DNA from: an uncultured Chloroflexia bacterium
GTDB taxonomy: Bacteria; Chloroflexota; Limnocylindria; Limnocylindrales; CSP1-4
Length of the DNA: 64,000 nt
Assembly: GCA_963766735.1 (NCBI GenBank)
Contig: CAVYBU010000002.1
Coordinates: 64,001 to 128,000 of the forward strand
Reading direction: 5' to 3'
The notes below the pieces were generated by a model, which saw nothing but the letters and a program-made list of their open reading frames with translations, was not told the origin of the DNA and searched no databases. The translations under genes and the position numbers were made by a program. The stretch's first letter is position 1, and the number at the start of each line of letters is the position of its first letter. Below are positions 56,935 to 64,000 of the stretch, one piece after another.

Positions 56935-57025
56935 CGCGAGGTCATCCTAGCCCAAGCGGAAGGCCCGCGGAGGGCGTGTAGGGCGACGGGCACCGCGATC
57001 CGCGATGCCCGGCCGTGGCCCCTGG

Positions 57026-57745
57026 TCAGGCGCCCGTGTCGCCCTTGAGCGCCGCGAGACGCGCCTCGATCTCGAGGTCGTCCTCGCTGCCCTCGAGCTC
57101 GGCGAACTGGTCCTCGAGCGACAAGGCGGAGACCTCCTCCATGCCCCGGGCCTGCGCCTCCTGGCGTCGGATCCGTTCCTCGAAGCGGTTGAGGTCCGAT
57201 GTCGGATCGAGGACGGAGACATCCTTCAGGGACTGCTGGACCTGCATCTGCGCCTGGGCCATCTTGGCGCGGGAGACCAGCTCGTCGCGCTTCAGGACCA
57301 GCTCCTCGCGCTTCAGCCGCATCTTGATGAGCCCATCCTTGAGCTTGTTGGTGAGCTCGGTCTGCTGGGCAATCTGGCGATCGAAGGTCGCTACCTGCTC
57401 GTCGAACGAGATCTGACGCTTCAAGGCGAGCTTGGCCAGGGCATCGAATCGGTCTGCCTCGGCCACGTTGCCCTTCGCACGCTCGGCGTCGGCACGCGCG
57501 GAGGCAGCCTTGGCCTTGGCCAGCCATTCGATCGAGGCCTCACGCGCCTCGCGTGCGTCATCCTCGAGCAGGCGCAGGTTGCCAATGGTCTGGGCGACGG
57601 CCTCCTCGGCCTCGGCGATGTTGCTGGTGAAGTCCCGGATGAGCTGGTCGAGCATCTTCTCCGGGTCCTCGGCGTCGTCGAGGATCGAGTTGATGTTCGC
57701 GCGGACCAGCTGGCCCATGCGCCCAAGGATCGAGGTCTGCGCCAT
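57026..57745 (-). CDS. pspA: PspA/IM30 family protein
   Basis: MAQTSILGRMGQLVRANINSILDDAEDPEKMLDQLIRD...LEDQFAEL...RLAALK, with its own RBS (GGGAG). Confidence 0.92.
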   Translation of the reverse strand: MAQTSILGRMGQLVRANINSILDDAEDPEKMLDQLIRDFTSNIAEAEEAVAQTIGNLRLLEDDAREAREASIEWLAKAKAASARADAERAKGNVAEADRFDALAKLALKRQISFDEQVATFDRQIAQQTELTNKLKDGLIKMRLKREELVLKRDELVSRAKMAQAQMQVQQSLKDVSVLDPTSDLNRFEERIRRQEAQARGMEEVSALSLEDQFAELEGSEDDLEIEARLAALKGDTGA

Positions 57746-57831
57746 GTCGATGATCTCCCTGCTCGTCGTGCCTGCTCGGTGGATGGACCACCCGACCTGC
57801 GCCAGCTGCCGGGCCTGCATGTGATCGAAGC

Positions 57832-59956
57832 CTACCAGCGCCCTCCACGGACGCGTCCGCCGCTCTCGCCACCGAGGGCGCCGCTGCCGGGGGCTGCCGA
57901 ACCCGCCACCGCGAAGCCGGCCGCCCCCGCCGCCAGTGGGTCCCGGTCGACGCGATCCGCCGCCCGACCCCCCCCAAGGCGAACCGCCCCAGCCGCCCCG
58001 GCCGACACCGGTCACGGCACTGCCCACGATGCCGCCGAGGATGGCCGTCCCGAGGTCGGGTCCGCCCTGGTGGGCGTTGGCAGCCTCGAATTCGGCAGAT
58101 GCCAGGCGGTACGCCTCGTCGGCGAGCTGCGCTGCACGCGATGCCGCCGTCGTTGCCCGCTCGGGATCCGTCTCCACGAGGCCGGTGGCCTCGGCCAGCT
58201 GGGCCTCAGCCTCGGCTGCCCGGGTTCGAGCCTGCTGTCCGACGGCATGCCGGCGCGTGGTGATGTAGTCCACGGAGCGGGTGACCCTGCCCCGGGCGCT
58301 CGTCACGGCGGTTGCCGCTGTCTCCCGGCGCCGGCGCGCCTGCTCCTCCGCAGCCCGGATGCTGCCGATGATGGCGTCGGCGGCAGCATTCGCGGCCATC
58401 GCCTGCTGGAGGGCCGCCAGCGGATCGAGGGGCCGTGCCGCGGCCGTCCGCCGAGCCTCGTCGAGGGCCAGCTCGGCGGCGCGAAGCGCCTCGGCGGCCT
58501 GCGGGACCAGCGGCGCGGGCTGTGACTGCTGGACCGCGGCACGGGCCGCCGTCACGTCCGCCTCAGCCGCTGCGAGCTCCTCGGGGAGCTTCGCCGCTGC
58601 ACCGTCCAGCTCGACCGCCATGCGCTCCACGGCCTCCACGAGATGCGTCGCGCCGGCGAGCCCCTCCTGTGCGTGCCGGAGGGCCATCACGGCCTCATTC
58701 CGCTGGGAGTCCACCAGGGAGCGGCCGCGCTCCGCCTCCGCAGACGCGTCGTCGAGGGCCTTGTCGGCCTCGGGAAGGTTCCCTGCCACGGAGCCCGTGG
58801 CCGACGGGGCGTAGGTGGCGACCAGCCGGTCCATGGTTGCCGTCGCCGCGGTCCGGCGGGTACGCAGGGCCTCGATCGCCAGGCCGGCTGCGACCAGCTG
58901 CTCGGGTGCGGTTCGCTCGAGGTCGGCAAGCTGGTCGAACCGCTCCTCCTGGGCATCGAGCAGCTGGTTCGCATTCGCGGTCCGGGCCACGATCTCCCTG
59001 AGCATGGCCTCACGCTGGGCGGCGGTCTCTGGCTCGGCGTCGTCCAGGCGCTGGCGAATGGCGAATGCCGCGCGGAGCTCCACATCCGCCTGCGCGATGG
59101 CGTCCCGATAGGGGATCACCTCCGCGTCACCCCACTGGGCGGCGGCGAACTCCACGTCGTTGGCCGCGTCCTTCAGGGCCTCGTCGGTCTCGAGCAGGAG
59201 GCGGTTCGCGTCATGGTTGAGCTGTTCTGTGGTTGCTGCGGCCTCAGCGGCTCCCGACCGTCGCTTGAGCAGGGTCCGGGCGACGACGAGACCGACGACG
59301 AGGACGAGGACGAGGATGATGACCGGCGTGAGGCTGATGCCGCCGCCTGATCCGGAGTCGGACCTGTCGCCAACCGTGCCGCCCGGTGGGACCGTTGCCG
59401 GCGCGCTCGCAGGCGCGGCGGTGGCGGACGTGGCCACGGTGGCGGCGTCGCCGAGGGCGGCCACGCTCGCGATCACGGCTCCAGCGAAATCTCCCTCCGC
59501 CAGGCCGGGCTCGAGCGTCTCGACCAGGATCGCGTCGATCTCGTCGTCGGTGACCTCGTCCAGGGTCGGACCGACCCACAGGGCATCCGACCGGTCCTCG
59601 ACGGCGACCACGAGCAGCGCGTCGTTGCCGCCCAGCGAGTTGTCGGTGGCCAGGGCATCGGTGTAGGCAGAAACGTTGTCGGAGCCCGTCGTGTCCACGA
59701 AGGCGACGAACAGCTGGATGCCGTGGTCTGCGCGGAGATCCTCGAGTGCGTCCGCGATGGCCGCTTCCTCGCCCGTCGTCAGGACGCCGGCCTGGTCGGT
59801 CACGCTCTCGCTGAGCCTGGGACCGGCGCCGAGCGCGAGACCTGCGGCGGCGACGAGCAGCAGCAGCGCCGACGCTGCTGCGCGGGCGGCCGACACCGAG
59901 AGGTGCCGGACAGGGTGGAGGCGGCCGCAGAGGGCGATCTGGGTGGGGTTCCTCAT
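57832..59956 (-). CDS. TPM-domain membrane protein with coiled coil and Gly-rich tail (apparent +1 frameshift near the end)
   Basis: Signal, VTDQAGVL...QLFVAFV...LLVVAVEDR TPM domain, TM, coiled coil. Removing one base of the G5 run at 57889-57893 gives a ...GGRVRGGRW* end at 57832. Confidence 0.8.
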
Positions 59957-60009
59957 GGACCCCGATGCTACCGCCGTGAGACGCGTGCGTGGCAGCCCGC
60001 CCGCACGGA

Positions 60010-61422
60010 TCAGAGCGCTCGCAGCCTCGTCGGGGGCCAGGTCCAGTCGATCGGCAGGCTCGCGGACGCCAGGGCGCGCCGCCGGCCGGCCTCTGTCGCC
60101 CCGAGGACCAGGATCCGGTCCGTCTTCGTCGCCCGCCCCGCCTCCGTGCCCCACAGGCGCGTCATCTTCCGGTTCGCGGCCACCTCGTCGCGCACCAGGC
60201 CCGCCAGCCTGTAGCCGGCGGGGAAGGCGGCCTCCTCCCACGCGCGCTCGGCCAGGCCGATGCCCGCGTTGGAGGGCTTGCCGCGGTCCATCTCCACGTC
60301 GCCGATCACCACCACGGCGATGCCGTCATCCGCCATCGCCGGCCGGAGGTCGGTCAGGACCTCCCGCAGGAATGCGAGGTAGGGCTCCCGGTGGTGGGCG
60401 TCGTCCAGGGTGGCGTCGATGACACGGGCGTCGAAGCCCAGGAGCCACGTGCGGAGCCAGTTGTAGTAGCCGTACTTGAGGACGCGCAGATAGGGCGGTG
60501 ACGTGATCACGAGGCGCGCCCGGTCGGGCAGCCCGCGAGATCGGAGCGCCGTTCGAGCCCGGCTGCCGGCCGTCCGCGCGTCGCCCATGAGTGCCACGCC
60601 GGTGGTTGACGGGAGCGGCTGGCGGTAGAGGCGGTCCAGCTTGGCGGACAGGGCGTCGAACACGTCCCGGGCGGGTGGCTCGTAGCCGCTCCGGGCGACG
60701 AAATCCCGGACGTAGCGCGGCGCCATGCTGAACGTGTTCGGCATGATCGTGGACAGGTACGACGGGGTCTTTCCGTGCAGCACGCCCACGAGGGCCCCCG
60801 CGAGGAACCGGTCCGTGCGATCGTCGAGGCGCAGGTGGGAGCGGACCAGGAGCAGCTGGCCCAGCGTGCGCGGGTGGAACGCGAGCGCGACCTCGTCGGG
60901 GAGGGGCTCCCTGCGGGCGTCGGGTCCGGCGCCGCTGCCGGAGGCGGGGACGAAGGCGGACGGATGTCCGGGGCGGTGGATCGCGCGCTCCGCGAGGGCC
61001 AGCCAGGCTGGGGCGTCTGCGGCCCACTGCAGACGGAGAGCCGCGAGGCGGGTCCGGGCCTCGGCGGGGGTCGCGGGCTCCAGCTTGGCTCCGGTGAGGA
61101 CATGGGCCAGCGGGTTCAGGTCGTTGCCCACGCCGATGCGCCCTTCGGCGGCCGCCTGCAGGGGTGCCGTGCCGCGGCCAGAGAACGGGTCGAACACAAC
61201 GTCGCCCGGCCGGCTGTAGCGGGCGATGAAGGCGTGGACGAGCGAGGCCGGGAAGCTCGCCAGGTACGAGCACATGGGGTGGAGGCTGTGGCCCCAGAGG
61301 CGGGCCTGATCCTTCCACTCCGGCTCCATGGCGAGCGCCGGCAGCGCGCTCGGCAGCTCGAGAGCGAGCTGGCCGACGGCAAGCGGCCGCGTGCGACTGG
61401 TTCGAGAGGCCTGGTCGGGCAT
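60010..61422 (-). CDS. Site-specific DNA amino-methyltransferase (N4-C/N6-A), orphan
   Basis: HPMCSYLASFP, motif I DPFSGRGT preceding motif IV TSPPY. Start uncertain (61422 or 61329). Confidence 0.85.
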   Translation of the reverse strand: MPDQASRTSRTRPLAVGQLALELPSALPALAMEPEWKDQARLWGHSLHPMCSYLASFPASLVHAFIARYSRPGDVVFDPFSGRGTAPLQAAAEGRIGVGNDLNPLAHVLTGAKLEPATPAEARTRLAALRLQWAADAPAWLALAERAIHRPGHPSAFVPASGSGAGPDARREPLPDEVALAFHPRTLGQLLLVRSHLRLDDRTDRFLAGALVGVLHGKTPSYLSTIMPNTFSMAPRYVRDFVARSGYEPPARDVFDALSAKLDRLYRQPLPSTTGVALMGDARTAGSRARTALRSRGLPDRARLVITSPPYLRVLKYGYYNWLRTWLLGFDARVIDATLDDAHHREPYLAFLREVLTDLRPAMADDGIAVVVIGDVEMDRGKPSNAGIGLAERAWEEAAFPAGYRLAGLVRDEVAANRKMTRLWGTEAGRATKTDRILVLGATEAGRRRALASASLPIDWTWPPTRLRAL

Positions 61423-63023
61423 TCCCGCGCTCGACGTGACCTGCCCGGATTGGGCATCCGGACGAAGGGTCGCGAAGCGTAGCACGCGAGAATCGGCGCC
61501 GGGAGTCGGGCGAACGCCCCATGCGGAGCGCCGATGGTCCCAGGGTCGCCGGGTGGTGTCGCCGCGCGGAAGGTGCCCAGCACGACCCGGTCGTCCTCGC
61601 GTTGGCGGAGCCGCGATGACGCGGCCCCGGTCGATGGCATCGCCGGCCGGCGTCGAGGTGTCAGCCATGTGCCGGCGTCGCCAACCCGCCAGGATGGGGA
61701 CGGTGGCCTCAGGCATGTCGACTGACCCCGTGCCCGGCGTGCGTCTAGCGATTTCCGGCTGGACCTGAGGCGCGGCGTTGTCGGAGGAGTCGTGGGATGG
61801 CAGCACGAGCATGCGGCTGGAGGTGCCCAGCTCGAGTCACTGCGAGCAGGACGGCGACGGGCAGTCGCCTAGCTGGTCCCGCTGCAGTACGATGCCCCTG
61901 CGACACGGACGGATCCCGGTCCAGGCAAGGTCGACCCCGACGGCCCCGGCCGGCACAGGATCGGCACACGATCCATCGCGGTGCCCTCGCCGCAGGGCAG
62001 CTCTGGCGATCCGTGGGGATGATCGCCACACCGTAGGCGGAGCGCAAGCCCTCGGCGAAGCAGATGTCAGCCCCCACGAGGCTGCCGCCAGTCCAGGAAT
62101 CCTCGAACGTCGGGCGGAGGCATCGTGAAGGACGTCCCGAGCTCACGCACAGCGTGTCGCCGCGGAACCGCTCACCGATGTAGCGGCTCACGCCGTTGGA
62201 CCACGACTGAGTACACGCCGGTGACGACGCCCACCGCCGGCAGGTCCGTCAGGCACGACCGCAGATGTCGCCCCAGAACCAGGCCGCCGGTCCAGAGGCG
62301 TCCAGAGCGGGCTCGCCGCGGGACGGGGGCAGCCGCCACGAACACCTAGGCGGCCGCCAGCACGATGGTCTGACCCGGGCTTCCTGCATGGTCTAGGGAC
62401 CTCCCTCCCGCGCGGGTCGGTCTCGCCAGTGGCTCGTAGCAGTCCCGGCGGCCGGGGTATGCACCGCGCGTCAGAGCTCCCACGGAAGGCAGCTGTGAGC
62501 TTGAGCGAGGCGGATCGTTGCGGGTCGCATGGGCGGCCCACTGCGACCTGCCGGGAGAACTCGAGTCGTGGCGTGGATCCACCTCTGCGACATGAGACGG
62601 TCGGATCGAGCGAAGCCCGTCGCTCGGCCGGCTCTCGGAGCTCGATGAGAGCGACCCGGCTGCTAGGCGCGGCGAAGCCCTGGGCGCGCGTGACGACGAT
62701 CCGGACTCGGTGGTATGCGCGATGCACGGTCGGAGGCGGGGACGTGCTTCCGACGATGACCGGATCCGCACGCCAAGATGCCGATGCGCCGCGCTCGCGA
62801 GGGCTCGTCGAAGCGGCCGGGAGGGCTGCAGCGGCTATCGGGCTGGCGTGTCAGGCACCACGATGCCGACGACTCTCGACTCGGGTCATGGCTGTCTCGA
62901 GCCGGTCGTTGGAGGCCCCGGCGGTCAGCAGTTGGTCGTCCAGTCCAGCGGCGTGCTACGAATGCTGGAGGCCAGTCAGCGCCATCGGCCGCCAGTTCGT
63001 GCGTAGACTGAGCACCTAACCCC

Positions 63024-63099
63024 GCCCCCGTAGCTCAGCGGATAGAGCAGCTGCCTTCTAAGCAGACGGTCGCAGGTTCGATTCCTGCCGGGGGCGCCA
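63024..63099 (+). tRNA. tRNA-Arg (TCT)
   Basis: GCCCCCG/CGGGGGC acceptor stem, TAGCTCAG D-arm, anticodon loop CTTCTAA, GGTTCGATTCC, CCA end; -10-like TAGACT at 63004. Confidence 0.95.
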
Positions 63100-63608
63100 C
63101 ATCTCGCGTTCGTGCCGGTTCCCGTCGCCGGCCGCCTGATGGTCGCGACCCGGCTCCGTCCCGCGGTGCGTTGGTGCACCGCGAAGCTGTCCCGGCGCGT
63201 GCATTCGCTGATCGTTCGTCGCAGAATGTGCGGTGTCGGCCCGCGCCGCTCGACGGTCGCGGGGAGTTGACGCCCGGGGGCCGGTGCTCGCGACCGATCG
63301 ACGCATGGATGTGCCCCCACGCGCCGTTCGAGCGACGCCGGCCCGGGCCGGGCTCCCGCGGCCATTCCCAGGCCGACGCCGCGTCCCGCTCCGACGCCGG
63401 GTGCAAACGACCCGTTCCGGTCCGCCCGTCCGGTCGCGCGGCGCAACCCCACCGCACGCCCCCGAACCTGCGCTGGTACGACCGGCTGCCCGAGAGTACG
63501 GCTTGTCCGAGCCGCCCCGCACTCCGACACTCTCATCAACAGCAGGCCGGACCGCACCGCAGTGCCCTGCACGGTTTGCCCGGCCCGCGTTGACAGCAGA
63601 GGCAGCAC

Positions 63609-63803
63609 ATGACGTCAATGGCAATTCACAATCTCGGACCGATGCTCACGGCGAGCGAGGTGGCCGAGATGCTCCACCTCCACGTGAACACGGTGAAGCG
63701 CCTCGGCGACCGCGGCGAGCTCCCGTACTACCGCGTCTGCAAGCGCGGCGACCGGCGCTTCCGGCTCGACGACGTGATGGCGTTCCTGGCCCGAAACCGC
63801 TGA
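63609..63803 (+). CDS. Small excisionase/BldC-like HTH DNA-binding protein
   Basis: MLTASEVAEMLHLHVNTVKRLGDRGEL...RGDRRFRLDDV. Start at 63609 or 63618; TTGACA at 63591. Confidence 0.85.
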   Translation: MTSMAIHNLGPMLTASEVAEMLHLHVNTVKRLGDRGELPYYRVCKRGDRRFRLDDVMAFLARNR

Positions 63804-63808
63804 TCCCG

Positions 63809-63828
63809 TCCTGGGCAGGCGCCCAGGA
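63809..63828. terminator. Hairpin between convergent genes
   Basis: TCCTGGGC-AGGC-GCCCAGGA. Confidence 0.5.
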
Positions 63829-63829
63829 G

Positions 63830-64000
63830 CTAGCCCCGCAGGGCACCCTCGAAGACCCGCAGCGCCTCCTCGACCTCGGGCACCGTCACGTCCAGCGGCG
63901 GGATCCACCGGATCACCTGGTGGTGGATGCCGCAGGTGAGGAGCAGCAGCCCGGCATCGATCGCCCGGCCGGCCACCGCCTCTGCCGTGGCGCCGTCCGG
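63830..64000 (-). CDS. Class-III aminotransferase (GabT-like), C-terminal fragment
   Basis: Manual translation: ...AIDAGLLLLTCGIHHQVIRWIPPLDVTVPEVEEALRVFEGALRG*. Truncated by the window end. Confidence 0.8.
   Translation of the reverse strand, partial: PDGATAEAVAGRAIDAGLLLLTCGIHHQVIRWIPPLDVTVPEVEEALRVFEGALRG

Noticed and set aside
57026-60241. 1071-aa ORF as a single genuine protein
   Set aside because: Better explained as the TPM gene plus pspA joined by a 1-base homopolymer indel, with an overextended start.
60010-63803. Intact prophage or ICE at tRNA-Arg
   Set aside because: No intact integrase, structural or conjugation genes, and no duplicated tRNA 3' end seen.

Overview
High-GC bacterial chromosomal window. 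Gene content and style suggest a Chloroflexota (Limnocylindria-like) organism, which is an inference. It is mostly housekeeping: a glycosyltransferase/glucosamine-kinase-like/SIS operon; feoAB divergent from a heme operon (HTH regulator-hemA-hemC/D-hemB-hemL-hemE-hemH-radical SAM-hemY, no chdC/hemQ); mutY, nnrE, glpDK, plsY; a branched-chain 2-oxoacid dehydrogenase/lipA cluster; an 8-gene ABC/MoxR/DUF58/VWA membrane system followed by a lipoprotein, a frameshifted sortase and a SufR-like regulator; tRNA-Glu; DUF1611/epimerase; a DnaA-box-like cluster; TPM-PspA; an orphan DNA methyltransferase; ~1.5 kb of apparently decayed DNA; and tRNA-Arg. The best candidate novelty is a heme/iron control module: a BldC-like HTH fused to a globin-like domain with tandem direct repeats at its own promoter, an RCPVD heme-regulatory-like insertion in HemA, and a (GGHP)4-tailed radical SAM enzyme in the place of ChdC. 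Other candidates are the MoxR-VWA-ABC system, an SD-sequestering RNA leader on a zinc-ribbon gene and the DnaA-box array. Three single-base insertions may be assembly errors. All calls come from motif recognition by eye; no searches were run.
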